A stretch of DNA of 50,739 bases, from the NCBI GenBank assembly GCA_039586365.1, contig JBDHKN010000044.1, positions 1-50,739 on the forward strand. The letters run 5' to 3'. The position numbers and the translations under genes are program-made. The notes under the pieces are model-generated. The model saw only the letters and a program-made list of their open reading frames with translations, did no database searches and was not told the origin of the DNA. Shown piece after piece: positions 27,226 to 37,421 of this stretch. How positions within the stretch are numbered: position 1 is the first letter of the stretch; each line of letters opens with the position of its first letter. This DNA is from Gemmatimonadota bacterium (GTDB taxonomy: Bacteria > Gemmatimonadota > Gemmatimonadetes > Gemmatimonadales > GWC2-71-9).

Positions 27226-28160
27226 CCCACCACCACCCCTCCGCCACGCATGACCAGAGAGACAAACACATCTTCTAGGGAAGGTTCGATCCGCTCCAAA
27301 GCTGCACACGTGAGTCCGGCCGTGCTGAGAACTCGAGGAATCATGCTCAACGCCTCAGATTCGTCGGCCACGGTTACGTGCACCACGCGACCGAACATAG
27401 CTGCAGCGACGACTCCTGGCGTCTCACGCAGCACTGTGACTGCAGCTGGCGCGTTGTCGGTATTCAGTTGCAGCAATGGTTCAACCATTGTCTGCTTGAA
27501 TCCTGAAGGTCGGTCGAGCGCGATCAGTCGACCCCGGTTCATCAGCGCGAGACGCGTACAGTACTCCGCCTCTTCCATGTAGTGGGTGCTCACAAACACG
27601 GTGGTGCCGGCTGCGGCGAACTGGTAGATGAGATCCCAGAATGAGCGGCGGGCTACCGGGTCCACGCCAGAGGTAGGTTCGTCAAGAAAGAGTATTGGGG
27701 GCTCGTGGAGTACGGCACAGCCCAATGCCAACCTTTGCTTGAAGCCGAGTGACAGTTCTGCTGTCATCCGGTGGCGGTGGTCGGTGAGTCCGGCCATAGC
27801 CAATACCCAATCACGACGTTCATTGAACCGGGCTCCAGTCACACCGTAGAGCCCGGCGAACAGCTGGATGTTCTCTGCTACTGTGAGGTCGGCGTAGAGG
27901 GAGAACAGCTGAGACATGTAGCCGATACGCTGCTTGATCTGCCAGATCTGCTTCGCTACGTCGAAGCCGGATACCAGCGCGCTGCCGGAAGAGGGGCGGA
28001 GCAACCCGGTGAGCATCTTGATCGTGGTGGTCTTTCCGGCACCGTTGGGGCCGAGGAAGCCGAATATCTCACCTTGGGAAACGTCGAATGTGACGCCATC
28101 GACCGCGATGAAGCTGCCGAAGTGGCGGGTCAGATCACGAACTTGGACGGCGTTACTCAT
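27222..28160 (-). CDS. ABC transporter ATP-binding protein (YbhF C-half-like)
   Basis: GPNGAGKTT, LSLGFKQRLAL, LDEPTSGVDP, STHYMEEAE. Confidence 0.94.
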   Translation of the reverse strand: MSNAVQVRDLTRHFGSFIAVDGVTFDVSQGEIFGFLGPNGAGKTTTIKMLTGLLRPSSGSALVSGFDVAKQIWQIKQRIGYMSQLFSLYADLTVAENIQLFAGLYGVTGARFNERRDWVLAMAGLTDHRHRMTAELSLGFKQRLALGCAVLHEPPILFLDEPTSGVDPVARRSFWDLIYQFAAAGTTVFVSTHYMEEAEYCTRLALMNRGRLIALDRPSGFKQTMVEPLLQLNTDNAPAAVTVLRETPGVVAAAMFGRVVHVTVADESEALSMIPRVLSTAGLTCAALERIEPSLEDVFVSLVMRGGGVVVG

Positions 28161-29094
28161 TGCTGTCTGCCGCAGTGCGTACCAGTTCGATAAAGACGTC
28201 CTCCAATGAGGGATCTGCGGGACCATGCTCGATTACCTGGACTCCATGGGCGTCTAGAATTGCATGCGCGGGGGGCCAATCCCGCGTCCAGTTGTCCAGT
28301 GTGAGGTGGATGGTCTCGCCGAATAGGGTTGCGTGTGTCACGCTGGACTCACGGCGCAGCAAATCGCTTGCCCGCCTAGGATCGCTGGTCCGAACCGTGT
28401 AGATCTTGCCGGCGAGGTGCGCTCGCAGTGCCTCCGGCGTGTCGAGCGCTACGACGCGTCCTCGGTGGAGTAGAGCAACTCGATCGCAACGTTCCGCTTC
28501 ATCCAGATATGCGGTCGACACGACTGCGGTCATCCCTTCGGCGACCATTTCATGTACTATCAACCAGAGGTCACGCCGTGAGATGGGATCGACCCCGAAG
28601 GTCGGTTCATCCAGTAGCATGACTTCGGGGTGATGTATCAGGGCGCAACACAGCGATAGTTTCTGTTTCATCCCACCGGATAGCTGTCCTGCCAGTCGGT
28701 TCTCGAACTCTCCCAGTGCTGAGAACTCGTATAGTCGATTGATTCGTGCCGGCCGGTCTTGTTTCGGTACCTGGTACAGGTCGGCATAGAAGTCGATGTT
28801 CTCCCGTACCGTGAGGTCGGTGTACAGTCCGAAACGCTGAGACATGTATGCGATGTGGGGCTTCACCCCTTCCGGATCCTGAGCCACGCTTACACCTGTC
28901 ATCAGTGCGTCGCCGTAGGTGGGGCGGAGTACACCTGCCAGCATTCTTAGCGTTGTGGTCTTTCCGGCACCGTCAGGCCCGACGATACCGAAGAGCTCGC
29001 CGCGAGACACATCAAAGGAGAGGCGGTCCACCGCGTTGAGCTCTCCAAAACGACGGGTCAGCTCTGAGAGAGAAACGGCCGCATCGGAAGTCAA
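28153..29094 (-). CDS. ABC transporter ATP-binding protein (YbhF N-half-like)
   Basis: GPDGAGKTT, LSGGMKQKL, LDEPTFGVDP. Confidence 0.94.
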   Translation of the reverse strand: MTSDAAVSLSELTRRFGELNAVDRLSFDVSRGELFGIVGPDGAGKTTTLRMLAGVLRPTYGDALMTGVSVAQDPEGVKPHIAYMSQRFGLYTDLTVRENIDFYADLYQVPKQDRPARINRLYEFSALGEFENRLAGQLSGGMKQKLSLCCALIHHPEVMLLDEPTFGVDPISRRDLWLIVHEMVAEGMTAVVSTAYLDEAERCDRVALLHRGRVVALDTPEALRAHLAGKIYTVRTSDPRRASDLLRRESSVTHATLFGETIHLTLDNWTRDWPPAHAILDAHGVQVIEHGPADPSLEDVFIELVRTAADSNE

Positions 29095-30095
29095 GGTGAC
29101 GGCTGTCCCGTGTCGAGCTGGACGTCTGCAGCTATGCCCGGCTTGAGATCGTAGGACGGATCACCTGTGATCTGTATCTTCACTCGATATACCAGCTTCA
29201 CTCGTTCCGCGGTCGTCTGGACGTTGCGCGGAGTGAACTCGGCCTCGTCCGCAATGAATGTCACCCGGCCCTGGTATACTCTGTCGGGGTATGTATCAGC
29301 AGTTATTCTAGCCGCCTGGCCTATTTGTAGACTGCCCACCTCGTCCTCGCGGACGTATATGCGGACCCAGCGATCGGCGAGATTGACTAGCGTGAGCACA
29401 GGTGCGCCAGCAGGAACGGTCTCTCCCGGCTCGCGATGCCGTGAGGAGATCGAACCTGGAAACGGGGACCGGATGACGGTGTTGTCCAACACTGCGTCGA
29501 CTTGAGCCAGGCCGGCTTCAGCTTGAGCCACCGCTGCACGCTGTGCGGCGATTCGCTCTTGGCGCGGCCCGGTCTCGAGTATGCCGAGTTGTTCCTGTGC
29601 GCCTTCGTATTCGGCTGTGGCTAGCTCGAGGGCAGTCTCTTGGTGGTCCAGCGCCTGACGGCTCACTGCTCCCCCGTCATACAGACGTTTGGTGCGTTCG
29701 TAATCTCGCCGGACGTTGTTGAGGCGCTGCTCGGCCGCCCGCAGACCTGCTCGTCCCTGAGCGACTTCCTCAGTGCGGAAACCGCTGCGGAGTTCAGCTA
29801 GGACTGCTCGCGCCGCTGCTACCTGGGCACTGGCAGCGTCCCTTCTGGCCAGCATTTCGGTCCGATCCAACCACGCCAGTTCCATCAAGCTGTCGGTCGT
29901 GTCGCCCTCCCGTACCGCTATCTGTTCGATGCGTCCCGGAATCTGGAATCCGAGGTCGGCTTCGGTAGCTTCCACCGTGCCAGAGGCGAGGATGGCCCCC
30001 GACCGGTTCTCCGGGCTGAACACGGTGAGGCGAAGTAGGATCACCAGCACCAGCACGGCTGCAGCGAGGATTACGATTCGTCGTCTCTTCGTCAT
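29091..30095 (-). CDS. HlyD-family periplasmic adaptor (YbhG-like)
   Basis: N-terminal TM helix, ASGTVEA, helical hairpin, AEFTPRNVQT, LKPG. Confidence 0.93.
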   Translation of the reverse strand: MTKRRRIVILAAAVLVLVILLRLTVFSPENRSGAILASGTVEATEADLGFQIPGRIEQIAVREGDTTDSLMELAWLDRTEMLARRDAASAQVAAARAVLAELRSGFRTEEVAQGRAGLRAAEQRLNNVRRDYERTKRLYDGGAVSRQALDHQETALELATAEYEGAQEQLGILETGPRQERIAAQRAAVAQAEAGLAQVDAVLDNTVIRSPFPGSISSRHREPGETVPAGAPVLTLVNLADRWVRIYVREDEVGSLQIGQAARITADTYPDRVYQGRVTFIADEAEFTPRNVQTTAERVKLVYRVKIQITGDPSYDLKPGIAADVQLDTGQPSP

Positions 30096-31468
30096 GTTCC
30101 TACCTCCACAATGCGCTCGAGCCACTTCAGATCGAGTTCACCCACGACTCTCGCCAGTTCGACACGTGCTGCAATCTCACGGTGCCGTGCCCCTACCAGT
30201 GCAGCTCTGGCGGTGAACAACTCCGCCTCGGCGCGCAGATAGTCAGTCTGAGTACCGGCTCCCTCCTGGAGTGCCAGCTGCTCGATGCGAGCAACCTCGG
30301 AGTTGTGAGCTACAGCCCGTACCATGGCGGCCACTCTGGCGTGGGATTCATTAACCGCGCTGATCGCAATGTCGAGGTTCTCCTGTGATTCGATCTCTGA
30401 GAGCCGGACCGCTTCCCTGGCGGCTTTGGTCAGGGCTGTGGATCGTGCGATGGCACTTGCACGAGCCCCGCCTGTGAATACTGGATACTTGAGGCGAGCG
30501 CCGACCTGCCACTCGGATGTGAAACCGCTCGGGTAGCCGTACCCCACGAGGCCACCGAAGAGATCGATCGAGGGAAACCAGGTTCCGACGACGGCTTTGC
30601 GGCCGGCCTCAGCAGCCACCAACTGCTCTCTGGCACGTCGCAGAGCCGGGCTGACTGCCTGGGTCTGCGTCAGCAGAGTCTCCCGATCCTCCGTCTGCGG
30701 CTCATCCCTGAGCACGACCGGGATTAGCATGGACGCCTGGGTCTCATCCGGCGAAGCGCCAATCAGCAGAGCAAGTCCATGCTGCACGACGTCCAGTGCG
30801 GCAGCTGCAGCCACTCTGTCTGCCTCAGCACTGGCCAATGCCGCATCTACCCGCAGCAGATCGACCTGGGGGGCTGTTCCCTCGCTCAGGAATCGGTCAA
30901 CTCGGTCGCGCTCGGCTGTGAGAGCTGCGATCCTGCGGTCGTGCGCGTCGAGGAGCCCTGCGGTCGAGAGAACGCCGAGGTAGGTGTTAGTCACTTGGGC
31001 TATGATCGCCATCTGCGCCTGCTCCCACTGGGCATCGGCAGCGGCAGCCTCAGCCCGCGCGCCCCGCACCTTGGCATTCCTGCTCCCGCCGTCAAAGAGC
31101 TTGTACTCGAACACCGCGCTGCCGCCGTACAGAGTCCGGTTGAAATCCGGAAACGCGGCGGGATTGAACTCGTGAATAGGTGCCGTGAGCATGGGTTCCT
31201 CGAAGCGCGTGGCGGAGGCCTCGAACGCGATCTGCGGGAACCAGGGAGCCCTTGCAGCGCCAACTGCTGAGGTCGCGGCGTCCATTGCGGCGTCAGCTGC
31301 CAGAACTGCAGGATGGTACTCGAGTGCCCGTGCAACTGCTGTGGGCAGCGAAAGTTGGAGGCCAGGAGCAGAGTCCTGGGCAGCTATTGCCTGACTCAGA
31401 GCAGTCGTGAGCAACGCGACTACTCCGGTTGCCAGTAATACGTTTCGCTTGGCTGTCATAGTCGTCAT
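30092..31468 (-). CDS. TolC-family outer membrane efflux protein
   Basis: Signal peptide and two OEP repeats (WFPQI/WFPSI, LFDGG/VFTGG). Confidence 0.92.
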   Translation of the reverse strand: MTTMTAKRNVLLATGVVALLTTALSQAIAAQDSAPGLQLSLPTAVARALEYHPAVLAADAAMDAATSAVGAARAPWFPQIAFEASATRFEEPMLTAPIHEFNPAAFPDFNRTLYGGSAVFEYKLFDGGSRNAKVRGARAEAAAADAQWEQAQMAIIAQVTNTYLGVLSTAGLLDAHDRRIAALTAERDRVDRFLSEGTAPQVDLLRVDAALASAEADRVAAAAALDVVQHGLALLIGASPDETQASMLIPVVLRDEPQTEDRETLLTQTQAVSPALRRAREQLVAAEAGRKAVVGTWFPSIDLFGGLVGYGYPSGFTSEWQVGARLKYPVFTGGARASAIARSTALTKAAREAVRLSEIESQENLDIAISAVNESHARVAAMVRAVAHNSEVARIEQLALQEGAGTQTDYLRAEAELFTARAALVGARHREIAARVELARVVGELDLKWLERIVEVGT

Positions 31469-32079
31469 TCGGCACCAGACTGGTTCGTGAGGCCAGCTCG
31501 CACGAAGTGGGCGACGCTGTCGACCACCTCTTTTCCCGTAGTTGGATCATCCTGATCGATCTCGATGCCTTCGCGGAGGGCCTGGCGGACAAAGTTCAGG
31601 AAGATCGGCTGCGACCCGATGCTCAGTGCCATGAGTGTCGGGTTGCCTGGCCGAATCGAGCCGTCCTGCTGTCCCTCGGCGATCAAAGAAGCCATCAACC
31701 CGATATTCGCTCGCAGCGTGTTACGCACGGGGCTTGGCAAGGGTCGTGTACTGGCGAGTTGTTGCGTGAGCAAGCGGGCAACGGCGGGATTCTCCTGGAG
31801 GTACAGGAACATCGCGCGCACCACTCGATCGATACGGTCCAGGGGTGTACCAGCGGAGCCGGCCGCGTCCCGAAGGTGGCTGCGCATTGGCTCAGCGAAC
31901 GACTCCAACGCCGCCTCGTATAAGGCATCCTTTGAGCCAAAATGGTAGGTGATGGCGCCCAGGTTGGCGCCCGCACGCTGCGTAATTGCGCGAATGGACG
32001 CACCGTCGTAGCCGTGTTCGGCAAATAGCTCCCTGGCGGCAGCGACCAAGTCGGCGGCCGTTCCCTTGGATTGATTCAT
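31465..32079 (-). CDS. TetR-family regulator (CecR/YbiH-like)
   Basis: AARELFAEHGYDGASIRAITQRAGANLGAITYHFGSKDALY. Start is 32079 or 32097. Confidence 0.92.
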   Translation of the reverse strand: MNQSKGTAADLVAAARELFAEHGYDGASIRAITQRAGANLGAITYHFGSKDALYEAALESFAEPMRSHLRDAAGSAGTPLDRIDRVVRAMFLYLQENPAVARLLTQQLASTRPLPSPVRNTLRANIGLMASLIAEGQQDGSIRPGNPTLMALSIGSQPIFLNFVRQALREGIEIDQDDPTTGKEVVDSVAHFVRAGLTNQSGAE

Positions 32080-32107
32080 ACGTATGACTTCATTCATACG
32101 AGTGAAT
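32074..32107. promoter_or_regulatory. Tandem palindromic operators, probably for TetR autoregulation
   Basis: Perfect palindrome TCATACGTATGA (32076-32087) and imperfect ATTCATACGAGTGAAT (32092-32107), 18-bp period, overlapping the TetR start. Confidence 0.7.
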
Positions 32108-32253
32108 TAATCACTTTTGCGGGGGACTGCAAGGGGTACCAAGGGCGGTAGGCGTGGTCGCGGTTTGGGGGCGAATTCAGCTCCGACTTACCCGTGCTGG
32201 GTTAGCTGGGGGATGGCCGGGCGTATAGCTGGTGGGTTGGAAGCGTAGGTGGG

Positions 32254-33447
32254 CTACCGCCTTGCCTCCAGCCAGATCCGTGGGTCCAGTGCTATCATTC
32301 CTTCGCCCCGGATCTGGAATTCTATGTGCGGACCCGCATCGGATGCGCGGCCTCCTGAGCGGCCGACCACGTCGCCGGCGCGAAGGACTTGCAGGGGCCG
32401 GACCGAAATCGCTGAAAGATAGAGGTACAGTGTGTAGTATCCGCCGCCGTGGTCGACGATTACGGATGGGCCGTAGGTGTTCAGGGCCGATGCATCAATG
32501 ACTTGTCCGCCTGCCACCACGCGCACGGGTGTGTCCTCGGGCACGGCGATTCCGATTCCATGTCTGCGGATCCGCGTGCCGTTGGGCAGCACTTCAGGTC
32601 CGTACTCATAAACGACATTGCCTTGTACGGGCCAGGGGAGCAGCCCGACGTCGCTGTGACTTATCGTTCCCGCCGCGTCGGTCCGCTCACCCCGCGCTAT
32701 CGCTCTGCGGCGCTCGTCCTCCAACCGGGTGACGAGTGCGGTAAGTGCCTGTTCGGCCAGCTGCAGCGAATCGACCCGTGAGGCGGTAGTTTGCTGCGAC
32801 GCCCGAGTCTGGCGCAGCGTGTTTTGCCGGCGCTGCTCGAGCCGCGCGTAGCGCTGCAGCTCATCTCCCCGCTCCGCTCTTTGGAGCGCCAGGGTGTTGC
32901 GTGCACTCAGTTGCTGCTGCCGCTGCACAGTGATCCGGTCTCGCAGGGCCTCCATCTCGATGGCCAGGGCGCGATCCTGGCGGCTCACCAAATGGAGGTA
33001 CTTGTAGCGACTGAGCAGGTCGCCGAATGACTCCGCCGCAAGCAGCACCTGGAAGGCCCATAGCGGGCCCCGCTTGTATATCTGCGACAACCGCCGCTCC
33101 AACACCGCATTCGTCTCTGCTAGCGCGTCCTGGGCCAGCATCAGATCCATGGTTATCGTGTCGAGCTGGTTTGTCATGGCAGCCGTTTGGCGATCCAACT
33201 CATTTACCACCCTACTGGTGATGGTTTTCTGACGTTCGAGGAGGCTGATCTCACTGGTGATATCGCGGGCCCGTCCTCTGAGGCGCGAGAGCTCTTCCTC
33301 CAGCCTCTCCCGCTCACGGCGAATCGAATCGAGCCGCGCCTGGTTGTCACGGATGCGTTGATTGAGATCGGCTTGGGCAAATCCCTGTCCAGCACCGGTC
33401 AGTATTCCGACAAGGAGTAGCGGCACGGCCGCCCTTGCCGCGTTCAT
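32254..33447 (-). CDS. envC: Murein hydrolase activator EnvC-like (coiled coil + degenerate M23/LytM)
   Basis: Signal peptide, long coiled coil, LPWPVQG, IVDHGGGYYTLY, HIEFQIR. Zn ligands degenerate. Follows ftsEX. Confidence 0.85.
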   Translation of the reverse strand: MNAARAAVPLLLVGILTGAGQGFAQADLNQRIRDNQARLDSIRRERERLEEELSRLRGRARDITSEISLLERQKTITSRVVNELDRQTAAMTNQLDTITMDLMLAQDALAETNAVLERRLSQIYKRGPLWAFQVLLAAESFGDLLSRYKYLHLVSRQDRALAIEMEALRDRITVQRQQQLSARNTLALQRAERGDELQRYARLEQRRQNTLRQTRASQQTTASRVDSLQLAEQALTALVTRLEDERRRAIARGERTDAAGTISHSDVGLLPWPVQGNVVYEYGPEVLPNGTRIRRHGIGIAVPEDTPVRVVAGGQVIDASALNTYGPSVIVDHGGGYYTLYLYLSAISVRPLQVLRAGDVVGRSGGRASDAGPHIEFQIRGEGMIALDPRIWLEARR

Positions 33448-34307
33448 TCGGCCTTGACGTGGCGGAGGTGACGACCTACGCTCAAAGCGCTGGCCAAGAG
33501 TCCAAGCGCAGTGCCGAATCCGACTAGCAGTAGAGCCTGTCGCGTGCTGAAGAAGGACGACCGCAGCATCTGATTGATGGCGGCGTATGCGGCGTAGTTG
33601 AGGAGCAGCGCGGTGAGGCCCCCCAGCGCACCCTTGACGAGCCCATCCAGCAGGAACGGAAGCCGAATGAAACCGTCCGTGGCTCCCACCAACCTCATGA
33701 TTGCGATCTCCTGACTCCGCTGCAATACGGTCATACGGACCGTGGTTCCAATGATGATGATTGAGGCGACCGCGAATGCGCCGCCCACAACCAGCCCGAC
33801 GATGCCGGCTATGTACCGCAGCCGGTCCAGTTTCTCCACCCACTCGCGGCCGAATCGGATGTCTTCTGCAAAGCGGAAACCGCGCAGCCAATCCGCGATG
33901 CGTGCGACGTTCTCGCTATCGCGGAAGCCGGGCTCGAGTCGCACTTCGAGTGACGCGGGCAGCGGATTGGTTGCCGGGTCGTCGAACACGTCCTGGAACT
34001 CTGCCAATTCCTGGCGGGCTCGTTCGAGCGCATCTTGCTCCGAAACGTAGGTCACCGCTTCCACCCCGGGGAAAGCTTCGATGTCACCGATGGCCACCGT
34101 GACGACTTCGACCGGAGTGCCGCGGACGAGGTAAGCCACAACCTCGACACGTTCTTCAACTTGGTCTAGCGCATGCTGCAGGTTCAGTGCAACTAGTCCC
34201 ACCAGACCGACCACAAACAAGGCAAATGCAATGGTCGTCACGGCCAGAGCAGAGAGCACTGGAGCGCGTCGAAACGAGAGTCGTGTTTCTCTGAGCACCA
34301 ACCTCAC
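33444..34307 (-). CDS. ftsX: Cell division permease FtsX
   Basis: NPLPASLEV, EIAIMRLVGATDGFIRLPF; four TM helices. Confidence 0.93.
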   Translation of the reverse strand: MRLVLRETRLSFRRAPVLSALAVTTIAFALFVVGLVGLVALNLQHALDQVEERVEVVAYLVRGTPVEVVTVAIGDIEAFPGVEAVTYVSEQDALERARQELAEFQDVFDDPATNPLPASLEVRLEPGFRDSENVARIADWLRGFRFAEDIRFGREWVEKLDRLRYIAGIVGLVVGGAFAVASIIIIGTTVRMTVLQRSQEIAIMRLVGATDGFIRLPFLLDGLVKGALGGLTALLLNYAAYAAINQMLRSSFFSTRQALLLVGFGTALGLLASALSVGRHLRHVKAE

Positions 34308-34999
34308 TGCGACGCGGCTCCCGACTCCAGGTCATCCACAGCCGAGTCGTAAACCAGCTCCCCGGCGTGCAACTCGAGGGTGCGGCGTGACATCCCACGC
34401 ACTATGCCGAGGTCGTGGGTGGCCATGATCACCGCCGTCCCGTTGGCATTGATGTCACGCAGCAGTTGGACCACCCCGCGTGTTGCTCGTTCGTCGAGGT
34501 TGCCGGTAGGCTCATCCGCCAGGAGAACCAGCGGATCGTTCACCAACGCCCGGGCAATTGCCACCCGCTGTTGCTCACCACCGGATAACTGGCGCGGATA
34601 AGCAGCAGCCTTTGCTGCCAGGCCGACTTGCGTGAGGACTCGCATGACTTTGGGTGCAATGATGCTCCGTCGCGACCCCGTCACCTCGAGTGCGAAAGCC
34701 ACGTTCTCCTCGGCAGTTCGGTCTTCTAGGAGACGGAAGTTCTGGAAGACGATTCCCAGGCGACGGCGCAACTTTGGCACATCGCGCCGCTTGAGTTGCC
34801 GAGTCCCGAATCCGGAGACCCGCACCTCTCCGGAAGTGGGGAGTTCGTCTGCATAGATCAGCTGCAAAATCGTGGACTTACCTGCTCCCGAATGGCCGGT
34901 CAGGAATGCAAACTCACCTTTTGCGATGTGGAATGAGACGTCCTTGAGGGCCAACGAGCCCACATTGAAGGATTTGAAGACTCTATTGAATCGAATCAC
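34304..34999 (-). CDS. ftsE: Cell division ATP-binding protein FtsE
   Basis: [47 protein letters not shown]. Confidence 0.95.
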   Translation of the reverse strand: MIRFNRVFKSFNVGSLALKDVSFHIAKGEFAFLTGHSGAGKSTILQLIYADELPTSGEVRVSGFGTRQLKRRDVPKLRRRLGIVFQNFRLLEDRTAEENVAFALEVTGSRRSIIAPKVMRVLTQVGLAAKAAAYPRQLSGGEQQRVAIARALVNDPLVLLADEPTGNLDERATRGVVQLLRDINANGTAVIMATHDLGIVRGMSRRTLELHAGELVYDSAVDDLESGAASQ

Positions 35000-35038
35000 G
35001 GGTTTAAGGCACCAGCACAAGCCAGCAGTGATGGAATC

Positions 35039-35569
35039 TCACGTCTTGATGACCCTGTACTCATCATCCTCTTGTCTCACCAGCCGTCGTGCGAGCAGTT
35101 CCTCGAGCACCTGCCGCGTAGCGTCAGTTGATAGGTCCAGCCGAGCCGCCACCTCTTCTGCCGCAGTTCGACCGGTTTCTGCAACAAAACCAAAGGCCCG
35201 GCGGGCAGTCTCGCGGAGAGGGCCAAGCAACTCGAGTTGCCCGTCTCTGTCCTCGGTGACTACCGCCAAGCCGTGGCGCTCGAGCACCAAGTTGATCGCG
35301 TCGCAGTGGGCTTCGGTCAGTCCTCTGAGCAGGAAGTAGCGGGCGTGTCCGTGCCCTAGCAATAGTTTGCCGACTATCTCGTCGGCACAGGAGATGTCGA
35401 GGCAACCAACCTCGCTGAAATCCATGACCGCCACCTGTTGACCATCGAGCTGGGTCAGCATCGCTTCGATTCCGTTCCTAACGGCGCGACCAGTGTGGCG
35501 CGTTACCAAGTTGCCGTATCCGGTTGATACGGTACTCTCGAGGATTGTCTTCAAGTCGATGCTTTGCAC
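35039..35569 (-). CDS. STAS-like domain (DUF4325-like) plus C-terminal winged HTH protein
   Basis: VMDFSEVGCLDISCADEIVGKL resembles the STAS phospho-Ser loop. TAAEEVAARLDLSTDATRQVLEELLARRLV looks like a wHTH. Confidence 0.65.
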   Translation of the reverse strand: MQSIDLKTILESTVSTGYGNLVTRHTGRAVRNGIEAMLTQLDGQQVAVMDFSEVGCLDISCADEIVGKLLLGHGHARYFLLRGLTEAHCDAINLVLERHGLAVVTEDRDGQLELLGPLRETARRAFGFVAETGRTAAEEVAARLDLSTDATRQVLEELLARRLVRQEDDEYRVIKT

Positions 35570-36468
35570 GTTGTCGCTTCTGCCTGATGAGCAGGTATGA
35601 TCTGTAGCATTTGACTACCTGGGAATTGCGGCAGCCCGTCGGCCAACGGAATATCGTCATCCCAAGCGGGAACCATAGCTATTCGTGCTGTCCCGCTGCG
35701 CAGACTGATTTTTCCATCCCAGCGATTGAGGTACCGGCGGATACCTCCGAGGCCTTGTCCCCGTCCCGGATCGCGGAATCGGCTGACCCCGTGTATCAGT
35801 GCGGCCTCCAAGGCCGCCGCGTCACCCCACCTGTCACCGTACCTGCTCGTCTGAGTCGCCTCTAGTGAGCGGCGGAACCCCATCCCCGCATCAGCTACTG
35901 CGATTACGACAACTCGGCGCCCCAAGCGCCGGCGCCAATGGTACGTCTGGACGGCCACCCAGCCGGAAGTGCCGGCGTGCTCTACAATATTTTGACACGC
36001 CTCCGAAAGCGCCATACCAAAGCCCATTGTGGCCTTGGCTTCCAATCCCAGCTCTCCCGACAGGATGGCCGCTGCCCGCTCCTGTATGATGCTCACCACC
36101 CCATGTACGTCGTCCGCACCTTGTACTTGGGTGATCTCGAGTAGGACGTCGGATGATCGGCTGACGGCAACCCGTGGTGGCCTGCCATGGATCTCGAACC
36201 ACTCCCCTGCGAGCTCGAAGAACCCGGTGCGGCCCCAGTAGTGTACCACGTCCCGGTCTGTGGGAATCGTCAGCTGTGGTCTCTGGTCGCCACGTTCCAC
36301 GGTGGCCTGTCCAGCTACGAGCAACCCCACGAGGCCGTACGGTGACGCCCATTGGACCGCATGAGCGTCGAACAGGAGTCGCTCACCGTTGGGCTCCCCG
36401 AGCGCACGGGCGAATTGATCGAAGGACCTATCGTCGAAATGCGTGGGAACTTCGACCACTCTGGTCAT
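35551..36468 (-). CDS. STAS-like + HATPase_c (anti-sigma/serine kinase-like) protein
   Basis: N-box SEACQNIVEHA, G1 VADAGMGF, G2 GRGQGLG; no His-phosphoacceptor domain. Confidence 0.8.
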   Translation of the reverse strand: MTRVVEVPTHFDDRSFDQFARALGEPNGERLLFDAHAVQWASPYGLVGLLVAGQATVERGDQRPQLTIPTDRDVVHYWGRTGFFELAGEWFEIHGRPPRVAVSRSSDVLLEITQVQGADDVHGVVSIIQERAAAILSGELGLEAKATMGFGMALSEACQNIVEHAGTSGWVAVQTYHWRRRLGRRVVVIAVADAGMGFRRSLEATQTSRYGDRWGDAAALEAALIHGVSRFRDPGRGQGLGGIRRYLNRWDGKISLRSGTARIAMVPAWDDDIPLADGLPQFPGSQMLQIIPAHQAEATTCKAST

Positions 36469-37421
36469 TTGCCCAATATCTCTCCCCTTAATCGGTGATG
36501 CAGGTCGGTCGCGCCACGATGCGCCAAGTTCCGGGTGGCGTTCTCATTGCCGCAGCGGATGGCCTCGACTACGTCCAAACCCTGAGCGAGGAACGACACT
36601 ACTGTTGCGCCAAAAACGTCGCCGCAGCCCGTCGGATCGAGGGCATCCGGGGCTTCGCTCACCGGGATCCTGGCCGTGCGGATTGGGCCCATCACTCGTC
36701 CATTGGTGTCGTCCACTCGTGCGAAGGTAAAAGACGGGACGGAGAAGTAGACCGCTCCCAACGGTCCCAATGTAACTATGAGCAGTCGTACGCCAGATGC
36801 CAGCACGCGTGCCGCCACCTCCAGGGCATCGTCACCAAGCAATCCCATCTCACTCTCGTTGAGCTGAACGACGTCGAAACACGCAAACCACGTCGCAACC
36901 TCCGAGGGTACCGCTGGGACCCTGAGACCGTCAGCCATGACACCAAGAAACAAGCTGTGCAGATCGGCGTAGATGGGCCCTGTGAATCCCTGCCTGAGAT
37001 GTAACGCGGTGTCCAGACCCATCTCGAATCCTGAAATGAAATTGACGTAAAGAGCGTCGACGTCCTGCACCATTGGCCCCAACTGCTCCCAGTTCCACGG
37101 TGGCACACCCCCGCTCATCTTCTCTGCGCTCCGCACGAGTTCTTGATACCGTAGCGTCACACGATTGTTGGGCTCGGGTACCTCAACGAATCGTGCTGCG
37201 CCGGCTCTATGGGTGAGGTTCATGAGAAACTCGTTTGCCTCTGCCGCTAGATCGCGACCTACCTTGATCAATGGGACGATTTGCCAATCCCGAGGGAGCG
37301 TTGCTTCCAGGGCTGCCAGAGCGTAGCCTATGCCTCCCCATTCTTCCACCGGGTCGTCGCCAGTTCCTCTGCCGTAGATGGTATCCCAGACCATGGTGCC
37401 GACAACTCCGAGTCTCTTCAC
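36465..37421 (-). CDS. PfkB-family carbohydrate kinase
   Basis: WGG, QLNESE, VTLGPLGA, DPTGCGDVFGA. Confidence 0.88.
   Translation of the reverse strand: MKRLGVVGTMVWDTIYGRGTGDDPVEEWGGIGYALAALEATLPRDWQIVPLIKVGRDLAAEANEFLMNLTHRAGAARFVEVPEPNNRVTLRYQELVRSAEKMSGGVPPWNWEQLGPMVQDVDALYVNFISGFEMGLDTALHLRQGFTGPIYADLHSLFLGVMADGLRVPAVPSEVATWFACFDVVQLNESEMGLLGDDALEVAARVLASGVRLLIVTLGPLGAVYFSVPSFTFARVDDTNGRVMGPIRTARIPVSEAPDALDPTGCGDVFGATVVSFLAQGLDVVEAIRCGNENATRNLAHRGATDLHHRLRGEILGK

Noticed and set aside
33448..33891. Long N-terminal extension of EnvC in the ORF track
   Set aside because: It overlaps ftsX in another frame. The likely start is ATG 33447, which overlaps the ftsX stop and opens a signal peptide.
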